Assembly: GCA_902597015.1 (NCBI GenBank)
Contig: CACJWQ010000002.1
Span: 28,383-92,382 of the forward strand
DNA: 64,000 nt
Direction: 5' to 3'
Source: an uncultured Alphaproteobacteria bacterium
GTDB taxonomy: Bacteria > Pseudomonadota > Alphaproteobacteria > HIMB59 > GCA-002718135
Within the stretch, counting starts at the first letter, position 1. Each line of letters begins with the position of its first letter. This document shows, piece after piece, positions 55,376 to 63,419 of the stretch. The notes under the pieces were generated by a model that ran no database searches, was not told the DNA's origin, and saw nothing but the letters and a program-made list of their open reading frames with translations. Both the position numbers and the translations under genes were made by a program.

Positions 55376-56560
55376 TTAGTTGTAGATATAATTTCTTGTG
55401 AGAGGCAAATTGTTAATATTTTTTGCGATTTGTATTTGGAAAACAACATTACCCATATTTACAAAGGAATACTTACTTGCTAATAGATAAAACTCCCACA
55501 TTCTAAAAAAACGCTGATCAAACATATTTATAATTTTATCTTTATTTTCAATAACATTTTGATACCATTTGGAAAGTGTGTGAGCGTAATGTAGTCTTAA
55601 TACTTCAACATCTGTTACATTTATATTAAGTTTTTGTGTTGCATTCATTACTTCAGATAATGATGGAATATAACCACCAGGAAAAATGTATTTTCTTATC
55701 CAAGGACTTGTAGCAGTTGGTTTACCCCTTTGACCAATTGTATGCAAAAGAAAAACACCATTTTCTTTCAGAATATTATTAGCTTTACTTAAATAAGTTT
55801 TAAAATATTTAACACCAACATGCTCAAACATACCAACTGATACAATGCGATCATATTTTTCGGTCTCATTTCTATAATCTTGTAGTGCAAAAGAAACTTT
55901 ATCAGCCAAACCTTCTTTTTGTGCTCGCTCAGATGCAGTTTTAAATTGATTTTCTGAAAGTGTAATTCCTTTAACTTTGGCGCCAGTAGATTTAGCTATT
56001 TCAATTGCCATTCCTCCCCAACCACACCCAATATCAAGAACATCCATATTTTCTGTAATTTGAAGTTTTTTAATTATATGTTGTTTTTTATCTTTCTGCG
56101 CTTGATCCAAACTCATATTGGGATTGTGAAAATATGCACAAGAATATTGCATATCCTGATCAAGAAATAATTTATATAAATCTTCATTTATATCGTAGTG
56201 GTGTGCTACATTTTTTTTTGAATTTACAAGCTGATTAATCTGCTGAAATGGCATAAAAATAGAAGATAAATATTCATAAAATTTATAAAACTTATTGTTA
56301 GAAATAAAGTCATCGTAACAATTAGTTATTAAATTAAGAAAGTCTTCTATAGTCCCTTTTTCAATAACTAACTCCTCATTCATATATGCTTCACCTATAT
56401 GAAGATTAGGGTTTAAGAATAGTTTTCTTTCTATAGATTTGTTTTTTAATCTTATACAAACGTGTGGATTTGAATTTCCAAATTTGTAAATCTTGTCATT
56501 AGAGTCTATGATTTCTAATGTTCCATCAAAGTTAAGTTTTTTCAGTACACTGAATAACAT
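55376..56560 (-). CDS. cfa: Cyclopropane-fatty-acyl-phospholipid synthase family SAM methyltransferase
   Basis: 394 aa. HYDINEDLYKLFLD, VLDIGCGWGG and FEHVG motifs. Confidence 0.87.
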   Translation of the reverse strand: MLFSVLKKLNFDGTLEIIDSNDKIYKFGNSNPHVCIRLKNKSIERKLFLNPNLHIGEAYMNEELVIEKGTIEDFLNLITNCYDDFISNNKFYKFYEYLSSIFMPFQQINQLVNSKKNVAHHYDINEDLYKLFLDQDMQYSCAYFHNPNMSLDQAQKDKKQHIIKKLQITENMDVLDIGCGWGGMAIEIAKSTGAKVKGITLSENQFKTASERAQKEGLADKVSFALQDYRNETEKYDRIVSVGMFEHVGVKYFKTYLSKANNILKENGVFLLHTIGQRGKPTATSPWIRKYIFPGGYIPSLSEVMNATQKLNINVTDVEVLRLHYAHTLSKWYQNVIENKDKIINMFDQRFFRMWEFYLLASKYSFVNMGNVVFQIQIAKNINNLPLTRNYIYN

Positions 56561-56646
56561 GTTTTATTATTTTAAGAAAAACGTCTCTTATGTCAATAAC
56601 TCTAAATTATTAACATTTGATGAGAAAATAATTTGTAGAGATTGAC

Positions 56647-56871
56647 TTAAGCAGCAATGCGACGATTTTTTTGAGCTTCTTTTTCTTTTTTAAGCTCTTT
56701 TTCGTCAATATACGCAACATCACAGTGACTCTGACAATAAGGCTTCCCAGCAACTGTATTAGCTTCACAAAAATGAAAATCTTTCTCTTGTGGATCTCCA
56801 ATTGGCCATTGGCAACTTGAGAAACTGTGCATCACACTGTTTTGTTTAAAATAGTTTTTTAATATAGACAT
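56647..56871 (-). CDS. Stand-alone GcrA C-terminal-domain protein
   Basis: CQWPIGDPQEKDFHFCEANTVAGKPYCQSHCDVAY matches the conserved C-terminal Cys motif of GcrA. No N-terminal HTH domain is present. The start is uncertain: candidate Met codons at 56928, 56871 and 56832. Confidence 0.6.
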   Translation of the reverse strand: MSILKNYFKQNSVMHSFSSCQWPIGDPQEKDFHFCEANTVAGKPYCQSHCDVAYIDEKELKKEKEAQKNRRIAA

Positions 56872-56934
56872 AATAATTTTGTTAATTTCGAGGTAGTTTA
56901 TATTTATGAAAAAACCAGTATTCAACATTAAATA

Positions 56935-56949
56935 TTAAAAAGTTGTTAA
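56935..56949. promoter_or_regulatory. TTAA-N7-TTAA (CtrA-box-like) upstream of the GcrA-like gene
   Basis: The plus strand reads TTAAAAAGTTGTTAA. The box lies 64 nt upstream of the 56871 ATG. This motif is frequent by chance in AT-rich DNA. Confidence 0.25.
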
Positions 56950-57025
56950 TTATCAATATGTTAGTATCTTAATCTTTTTGACCTACTATATGTTGATACA
57001 TAATTTATAAGAAAAACGAATCGGT

Positions 57026-57208
57026 TTATCGAAAAAATAAAATTATAAACAATAGTGCCAAAAAAAACAGATAGGATTTGATTATAAAACTTTTCGTTAA
57101 TTTGGATTTAGGAGGTTTTCTCAAATATATAAAGAAAACAATAGTACTCCAAAATAATAAAAGTATTACCCAGCCTGTTAAAAATGCATAATAAAAATCG
57201 ACAGACAT
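57026..57208 (-). CDS. Small two-TM hypothetical membrane protein
   Basis: 60 aa with two hydrophobic helices, 20 nt downstream of msrA. No homology recognised and could be spurious in AT-rich DNA. Confidence 0.3.
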   Translation of the reverse strand: MSVDFYYAFLTGWVILLLFWSTIVFFIYLRKPPKSKLTKSFIIKSYLFFLALLFIILFFR

Positions 57209-57228
57209 TAGTTCCTTAAAGAATTAAT

Positions 57229-57690
57229 CTATATAGCGCAGTGTAAACCTGTTTTTTGGATATATTTTTGATGATATTCTTCAGCTTTATAGAATTCCTT
57301 AGCTTCTGATATTTCAGTAACAATATTTAATCCTGTACTTTTAGCGTATTCATTTTTAGAATGAATAGATTTGTTTTTTTGATCTTCGTTATAATAATAT
57401 ATCGCTGATCTATATTGTGTTCCAATATCAGGACCTTGTCTATTTAAAGTTGTAGGATCATGGCACTTCCAAAAAATCTTCAAAAGATCTTCATAAGATA
57501 TTTTAGAATTATCAAATTCAACTAAAACAACCTCAGTATGATTTGTATTTCCTTGGCAAACACTTTCATAAGAAGGGTTAATAGTATCGCCTCCAGAATA
57601 ACCAACTAAGGTATTTATTACACCTGGAGTTTTACAAAATGTTTCTTCCACACCCCAGAAACAACCTGCGCCAAATAATGCTTTTTCCAT
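57229..57690 (-). CDS. msrA: Peptide methionine sulfoxide reductase MsrA
   Basis: 153 aa. GAGCFWGVE active-site motif, GYSGG and HDPTTLNRQG. Confidence 0.94.
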   Translation of the reverse strand: MEKALFGAGCFWGVEETFCKTPGVINTLVGYSGGDTINPSYESVCQGNTNHTEVVLVEFDNSKISYEDLLKIFWKCHDPTTLNRQGPDIGTQYRSAIYYYNEDQKNKSIHSKNEYAKSTGLNIVTEISEAKEFYKAEEYHQKYIQKTGLHCAI

Positions 57691-57730
57691 AATTATAAAT
57701 ATATATGTAATATAAAATATATCAATTTTT

Positions 57731-58312
57731 ATGAGCCCAAAATTTAAAATTTTAGATAAAAAGAATATTCACGAAGGTTTCTTTAAAATGAATGAAGTTA
57801 CTCTTAAATACAAAAAATATAATGGAGATTGGAGTAATGAAATAAAAAGGGAGTTATTTGGTGGTGCACAAGTATCTGCAGTCTTGCCATATGACCCTAT
57901 AAATAAAAAAATCGTTTTAATTCAACAGTTCAGAACAGGGACAATTTCTAGAAATAATCAAAATTATCTAGATGAAATAGTTGCTGGAATAATTGACCCT
58001 GGTGAAACTCCAGAAGATACCGCAAAAAGAGAATGCTTGGAAGAAACTGGATGTAAAGTAAGCAATCTTAGATCTATACAAGGTTACTTTCCTGCTCCAG
58101 GATCATCCGAGTCTTTTTATAATCTTTTTTTAGGTGAGGTAATTGCTCCTGATAAAGAAATTATAAGAGGTCTAGAGAATGAAAATGAAGATATATTGGT
58201 TAAAAGTTATAGTTTTGATGAGGTAAAAACAAAAATGAATAAGAAAGAAATTTTAAATGGGCTTACACTAATCGCATTACAATGGTTTTTTTTAAACATT
58301 GAACGAACCTAA
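57731..58312 (+). CDS. nudF: ADP-ribose pyrophosphatase (Nudix hydrolase)
   Basis: 193 aa. Nudix box AGIIDPGETPEDTAKRECLEETG and NudF-like flanks. Confidence 0.83.
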   Translation: MSPKFKILDKKNIHEGFFKMNEVTLKYKKYNGDWSNEIKRELFGGAQVSAVLPYDPINKKIVLIQQFRTGTISRNNQNYLDEIVAGIIDPGETPEDTAKRECLEETGCKVSNLRSIQGYFPAPGSSESFYNLFLGEVIAPDKEIIRGLENENEDILVKSYSFDEVKTKMNKKEILNGLTLIALQWFFLNIERT

Positions 58313-58644
58313 GTTCCTATACCTCTTTCATAAGGTTGAACTAATTCTTTACATATTAAGTTCATATCCAAAGTCTCAACATTTTTATCTATAGTTTGAT
58401 ATTCCTGACACTCATATACTTCGTTATCTTTTTGGAGAACTGTAACAAATAAGATTATTGTTAAATCATTTCCAACCTCTATGTCACTTATAGCATAGCT
58501 TTTTACTTCAAATCCTTCATTAATAAGATCTTTATAAGATTTCTCTGACTCTAGCCATTGATCTATATTTGGATTAGCTATTGAAAGGTTAGAAAAAAAC
58601 AAAAATATAGAGAATAAAAAAATATTTAGTTTTCTTTTAGCCAT
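58309..58644 (-). CDS. Secreted hypothetical protein
   Basis: 111 aa. Signal peptide (KLNIFLFSIFLFFSNLSIANP). No family recognised. Confidence 0.45.
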   Translation of the reverse strand: MAKRKLNIFLFSIFLFFSNLSIANPNIDQWLESEKSYKDLINEGFEVKSYAISDIEVGNDLTIILFVTVLQKDNEVYECQEYQTIDKNVETLDMNLICKELVQPYERGIGT

Positions 58645-59225
58645 TGTAGAACTTCATTTATATGTTTGTTAGGAGGAAAAATAGGGTAGAATACTTTTTT
58701 AACAATATTTTTTTCCACAATAAGAGTTAATCTTTTAAAATAAATTTTGTTTTCAATTTTAAAATATGGCATTTTTAATGAATTGAGCAAAATATTTTCT
58801 GAATCACTTAAAACATCATAAGGAATTACCAATCTATCTGTCATTTCCTTAATATAATCTATTGTTTGAGTCGATATTCCTATAGGCAGTGCATTTAGTT
58901 TGATTAATTCTTCATAGTTATCTCTAAAATTACAGTTCTCCACAGTACACCCGATGGCTCCTGGAGTTTGATTCCAATTTTTAGGTAAACTTATATTTGG
59001 ATTACCTGTCATAGGATAAAAATATAAAATTAAACGAAAAGTGTCAGATCTTTTTAATTTTAATAGATTTCCCTGTTGATTTTTAAGAGAAATATCTGGC
59101 AAAAACTTTTTTAAAAGATGATCAGCTTTTCCATCATTTTGTGGTTTAGGAAATTTGCTATAATCCATACTAATTTGTCTTGTATTATCCAACTCTATAT
59201 ACCATAAGATAGTTTTATGACTCAA
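58626..59225 (-). CDS. Peroxiredoxin/redoxin-like protein (Bcp-like)
   Basis: PGAIGCTVENCNFRD resembles the Bcp/Prx active-site context. The start may instead be the Met at 59168 (MDYSKFPKPQ), which would remove the head-to-head overlap with speB. Confidence 0.6.
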   Translation of the reverse strand: MSHKTILWYIELDNTRQISMDYSKFPKPQNDGKADHLLKKFLPDISLKNQQGNLLKLKRSDTFRLILYFYPMTGNPNISLPKNWNQTPGAIGCTVENCNFRDNYEELIKLNALPIGISTQTIDYIKEMTDRLVIPYDVLSDSENILLNSLKMPYFKIENKIYFKRLTLIVEKNIVKKVFYPIFPPNKHINEVLQWLKEN

Positions 59226-60155
59226 ATTAAACCACTATCTAGTATGGAAACCCCTCGCTTTGCTGATGTTGCTACTTTTTTTCGTTTACCCGTTGTGAAA
59301 GATTTAAATAAATTAGACTACTGTATTACAGGTGTACCATGGGATGGAGGGACTACCAATAGACCTGGTGCTAGACATGGTCCTAGAGAAATCAGAAATG
59401 CATCATCACTTGTAAGACTTTATCACCCTATTTCACTTAAGAGCCCTTATGATAAATTTAATGTTGCTGATATTGGTGATTGTCCGGTAAATCCAGCGGA
59501 CTTATATGATAGTTTAGATAAAATAGAAAAATTTTACTCAAATATTTATAATTCCAAAACAATACCGTTATCAATTGGAGGTGATCATTTAATTAGCCTT
59601 CCAATTCTAAGAGGTATTGCGAAAGAAAAACCAATAGGTTTGTTTCAGTTTGATTCTCATTCTGATACTTGGGATACCTATTTTGGAGGATTTAAATATA
59701 CGCATGGTACACCATTTAGAAGAGCTATAGAAGAAAATCTGATAGATCCAAAAAAATATGTAATCCTTGGTCTTCGTGGAGCCTTATATGACCCTGAAGA
59801 TTTGAGTTGGGCTAGAGAACAAGGTGTAACTATAATTACTATAGATGATTATTATGAAATGGGATTTAATAAATGTATTGAAAAAATTTATGAAGTTCTA
59901 GCGACAACAGATACTTATTTTACATTTGATATAGATGGAATAGACCCAACTTTCGCTCCAGGCACTGGAACTCCTGAAGTTGGGGGTTTTAATGTAAGAG
60001 AGGCACAAACTATTATAAGAGCACTAAAGAAAATTAATTTTGTAGGTGGCGATGTAGTAGAAGTTTCTCCTCCATTTGATGTTAATAATATGACTTCATT
60101 AGTTGGCGCAACAATTGCATTTGAAATACTTTGTACTATGACAAAGGCAAATTAA
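59217..60155 (+). CDS. speB: Agmatinase/guanidino-acid hydrolase (arginase family)
   Basis: 312 aa. GVPWDGGTTNRPGARHGP, GGDHLISLP, FDSHSDT, FDIDGIDP and EVSPPFD metal-site motifs. Confidence 0.88.
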   Translation: MTQIKPLSSMETPRFADVATFFRLPVVKDLNKLDYCITGVPWDGGTTNRPGARHGPREIRNASSLVRLYHPISLKSPYDKFNVADIGDCPVNPADLYDSLDKIEKFYSNIYNSKTIPLSIGGDHLISLPILRGIAKEKPIGLFQFDSHSDTWDTYFGGFKYTHGTPFRRAIEENLIDPKKYVILGLRGALYDPEDLSWAREQGVTIITIDDYYEMGFNKCIEKIYEVLATTDTYFTFDIDGIDPTFAPGTGTPEVGGFNVREAQTIIRALKKINFVGGDVVEVSPPFDVNNMTSLVGATIAFEILCTMTKAN

Positions 60156-60712
60156 AATTCTTCAAAATTAGAAGTTCCAACACATAAAACATTTTGTAAA
60201 TCTAGATATTTATTAATATTATCTTTATTGACTCCACCTGTTGGTATGAATTTTATATTCCTTAAAATATTTTTAATAGATTGTAATTTTTTATCCTCTC
60301 CATTTAAATTAGCTGGGAAAAATTTAATTATTTCATAACCTTTTTTACTAAGATGTATAAATTCACTAACCGTCTCAGCTCCTGGAATGTAGGATGGATT
60401 TTTCATTTCTAATATTTCTTCAATAATACCTGGCGAAACATAAAAATTAAAATTATGATCTTGACCTCTAATTAAATCTTCTTTTGTTAAAACAGAGCCA
60501 AGACCAAATTTACAATCTGAAAAATATTTTTTTAATTCTACAGCAATAGAAAAAGATTCTTTTTCTCTTAATGTTATCTCTATATATTCAATTGATTTAT
60601 TTTGATTTAAATATTTTTTTAATCTTGCAATATCACTCTCTAGATTTGTTGTATTTAAAATTGGTAATAATTGTTGTTTATGAAGATCAGATTTTAATTG
60701 ATTATTTAACAT
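60152..60712 (-). CDS. eda: 2-dehydro-3-deoxyphosphogluconate (KDPG) aldolase family
   Basis: 186 aa. IEITLRE, IKFFPA (Schiff-base Lys context) and FIPTGGV motifs align to E. coli Eda. Confidence 0.83.
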   Translation of the reverse strand: MLNNQLKSDLHKQQLLPILNTTNLESDIARLKKYLNQNKSIEYIEITLREKESFSIAVELKKYFSDCKFGLGSVLTKEDLIRGQDHNFNFYVSPGIIEEILEMKNPSYIPGAETVSEFIHLSKKGYEIIKFFPANLNGEDKKLQSIKNILRNIKFIPTGGVNKDNINKYLDLQNVLCVGTSNFEEF

Positions 60713-61598
60713 CTACAATAGCGCCTTTTTTCATTACTATTTTAGAGCCTAAACTGCTACCAGCTTTTACTGCTAAAACTGGATCATTATTTACAATAAA
60801 ATTAGATAAATAAGCAGCATTAAATCCATCACCAGCACCTGAAGTATCAACCACTGTTTTAAGAAATTTATTCTTAAAAACATACTTATTTTTATTAAGC
60901 AATACATAAGTAAATTTGGCATTTTTTCTGAATATACTGTGTTTAATTTTGTATTTCCTTACTATTTGTTCATAAGACTTGATACCGTTTTTGTTTTTCC
61001 AATAACTCATATCTTCACCAGATAAAAAACATATGTCTACAAATTTAAGCACTGAGTGTAAGAAATTATTTAAATTTTTTTTATTCCATCGAGTTGGGCG
61101 TATATTAAAATCAAAAACAATTTTTATTTTTTTTCTTTTTAATAGTCTTAATAATTTAATAAAATTATTTAGTTTTGATATATGTATTATTGAAAGAGTT
61201 ATGCCAGAAAAATATATGTAATCAAAATTTTTAAGCTCTTTATATAAATTTAAAAAATCAATATTATTGAAGTAATGTTTTGCTGCACTTTCATCTCTCC
61301 AATAAAAAAATTGCTTTTCTCCATTATCTTTATTTTTTATTAAATATAATCCTAATTCAAATTGATTAATTTTTTTAATATATTTTGTTGAAATTTTTTT
61401 AGATTTGACAAAATCTAAAAGCGATCGATTGATTTCAGATTTTCCTATGGCACTTAAAAAAAAAGCGTTTAATTTTTTCTTATCAAGATAATTACAAAAA
61501 TTAAGTGTGTCACCAGCAAATGATTGATTGTATAAACTATTATTTATATTTGAAATCTCAATCATAGCTTCACCGATTGAGCATACATTTATTTTCAT
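60702..61598 (-). CDS. kdgK: 2-dehydro-3-deoxygluconokinase (PfkB family)
   Basis: 298 aa. IGEAMIEIS, FAGDTLN, GEKQFFYWRDESAAK and DTSGAGDGFNAAYL motifs. Confidence 0.83.
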   Translation of the reverse strand: MKINVCSIGEAMIEISNINNSLYNQSFAGDTLNFCNYLDKKKLNAFFLSAIGKSEINRSLLDFVKSKKISTKYIKKINQFELGLYLIKNKDNGEKQFFYWRDESAAKHYFNNIDFLNLYKELKNFDYIYFSGITLSIIHISKLNNFIKLLRLLKRKKIKIVFDFNIRPTRWNKKNLNNFLHSVLKFVDICFLSGEDMSYWKNKNGIKSYEQIVRKYKIKHSIFRKNAKFTYVLLNKNKYVFKNKFLKTVVDTSGAGDGFNAAYLSNFIVNNDPVLAVKAGSSLGSKIVMKKGAIVDVK

Positions 61599-61607
61599 GT
61601 TTAAATA

Positions 61608-61931
61608 TTAATCGTGGTGAAAAACCTCTTCCATTATTGACCACCATTCACCTTTTTTCCTATTTGGATCTGGAACTTGACATGGTCCACATAAACTCCA
61701 CCATTCTTGTACCTTAGGATTTGCTGCCATTAATTTGTTGTCTCTTTCAAGATCGTCCCCATGATATTCCATATAACCAAATAGTGTGTTTTTATGTAAA
61801 TAGATAGAAAAGTTTTTAAAATTAAGTTCTGTTAAATTATCTAAAATTTCTGGCCATACATTTGCATGTAATTTTTTGTATTCATCAATTTTATCTTCTC
61901 TAACACCAAGAGTCATTCCTAATCTAATCAT
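61608..61931 (-). CDS. rhaM: L-rhamnose mutarotase family protein (RhaM/DUF718)
   Basis: 107 aa. MIRLGMTLGVREDKIDEYKKLHANVWPEI and WWSLC...EVFH are typical of RhaM. Confidence 0.82.
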   Translation of the reverse strand: MIRLGMTLGVREDKIDEYKKLHANVWPEILDNLTELNFKNFSIYLHKNTLFGYMEYHGDDLERDNKLMAANPKVQEWWSLCGPCQVPDPNRKKGEWWSIMEEVFHHD

Positions 61932-61933
61932 AA

Positions 61934-63412
61934 TTAGAATTCCTCTTTTCTAGTAATTTTAAAACAGCTTGCATGATCAGATGGTCTATCATCCGGTCTT
62001 TCAATGTGAAGACCTTCATTAGAGAGCTTCCAATTCAATTTTGATTTACTTCCTAGTAATTCTACTGATAACACTTCGTCAGAAAAAAATCTTTTACAAC
62101 TTTTTATTAAAAATTCTTTGCTAGGCCATCCAAGTGTTGTTGCATATAGGATATTATTTTTAGTTGTGAATCTAATGTCCTCAGGAGTATGTGTTAATTT
62201 TTCTTTATTGTCTGAAAAGGGGCCAATAGCTTTCATCTCTGTGGGTCCCTCTCCAAACTGATCCCATGGCTCTGTATCAAAAATAGCTTCACCATTTACT
62301 TCTAACCATTTACCAATACCTTCAAGTATTGATTTATCTTCATCTGGAATTATTCCATTTGGTTTAGGTCCAATATTAAGAAGCATAAATCCATTTTTAC
62401 TTACATTATCAATTAGATATTGAACTAGTTCAGTTGTAGATTTATATTTTGAATCCTTCATGTAAGCCCAAGCGCTGCCGTCATGTACTGTTGTATCAGT
62501 AATCCATTGATAATGGGTTAGTTCAGATTTTCTTCCTAACTCAATATCTAAAACACCTGATCCAACTGGTAAATCATGCCATTCTCCATGATCTTTATAA
62601 GATATAACGACTTCTTTATTCCATTCAGCTTCTTTATTATAATAGTAACTAAGAAATTCTTTTCTGTATTTTTCATGAAGATATCTAATACCAAAATCAA
62701 ACCAAATATAATCTGGCTCATAATTATCGACGACTTCCTTTAAACGATTTAACCAACGGTCATGAAATGCTTTGCTTGGTTTGTCTTGTGGTTCATTACC
62801 ATTCTGATCCCAGTGCTTTGGATAGGAAGCATTAGTTGGAGGATTTTTAATGTTATGAGGTTCACCATAAAGGCCCGAAAATTCAGGATTGGAAGTATCA
62901 AAAGTTTTATTCCAATGAGGATAAAAATACCAATTTTCAGCATGATGCATGGCTACCATATATTTTAATCCTTTAGCCCTTATAGATTTTTCAAGCTCTC
63001 CTACAATATCTCTTTTTGGACCCATTTTAGCTGCACACCATTTTGTATCTGCACAATTCCACATCGGGAAGCCATCGTGGTGCTCAGCAACTGGACCCGC
63101 AAATTTAGCCCCAGATCTTGCATATAAATCTGCCCATTCTTCAGCATCAAAATGCTCTGCCTGAAACATTGGTATAAAATCTTTGTACCCAAATTTTGAA
63201 GGATGGCCAAAATTTTTACAATGATAGTCAAACTGTGGACTTGGTTCTCTATACATCCAATAAGGGTACCAAGTAACATTTGGTCCCGCAGCAGGAACTG
63301 AATAAGGACCCCAATGAGCATATATTCCAAACTTAGCCTTTTGAAACCAACTAGGTGTTTTGTGTTTCCTGATTGATTCCCACGTTGGTTCATAATTATT
63401 ACTTGTGTTCAT
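61934..63412 (-). CDS. Alpha-L-fucosidase (GH29), no signal peptide
   Basis: PTWESIRKHKTPSWFQKAKFGIYAHWGPYSVPA, plus HHDGF, YIWFD and NIGP segments. Start placed at MNTSNNYEP (AGGA upstream). The ORF track extends to 63439. Confidence 0.88.
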   Translation of the reverse strand: MNTSNNYEPTWESIRKHKTPSWFQKAKFGIYAHWGPYSVPAAGPNVTWYPYWMYREPSPQFDYHCKNFGHPSKFGYKDFIPMFQAEHFDAEEWADLYARSGAKFAGPVAEHHDGFPMWNCADTKWCAAKMGPKRDIVGELEKSIRAKGLKYMVAMHHAENWYFYPHWNKTFDTSNPEFSGLYGEPHNIKNPPTNASYPKHWDQNGNEPQDKPSKAFHDRWLNRLKEVVDNYEPDYIWFDFGIRYLHEKYRKEFLSYYYNKEAEWNKEVVISYKDHGEWHDLPVGSGVLDIELGRKSELTHYQWITDTTVHDGSAWAYMKDSKYKSTTELVQYLIDNVSKNGFMLLNIGPKPNGIIPDEDKSILEGIGKWLEVNGEAIFDTEPWDQFGEGPTEMKAIGPFSDNKEKLTHTPEDIRFTTKNNILYATTLGWPSKEFLIKSCKRFFSDEVLSVELLGSKSKLNWKLSNEGLHIERPDDRPSDHASCFKITRKEEF

Positions 63413-63419
63413 ATTTATC

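Noticed and set aside
56610-56801. 63-aa ORF overlapping the GcrA-like gene in another frame
   Set aside because: Its lysine-rich, low-complexity translation comes from an A-rich tract. The alternative frame carries the conserved Cys motif.
57018-57022. A GANTC (CcrM methylation) site upstream of the GcrA-like gene
   Set aside because: A single 5-nt site is expected by chance in a spacer of this length, so no inference can be drawn.
59168-59225. Head-to-head overlap of the peroxiredoxin-like and agmatinase start codons as a regulatory oddity
   Set aside because: This is most simply an annotation artefact. An internal Met at 59168 (MDYSKFPKPQ) gives a normal 48-bp divergent spacer.
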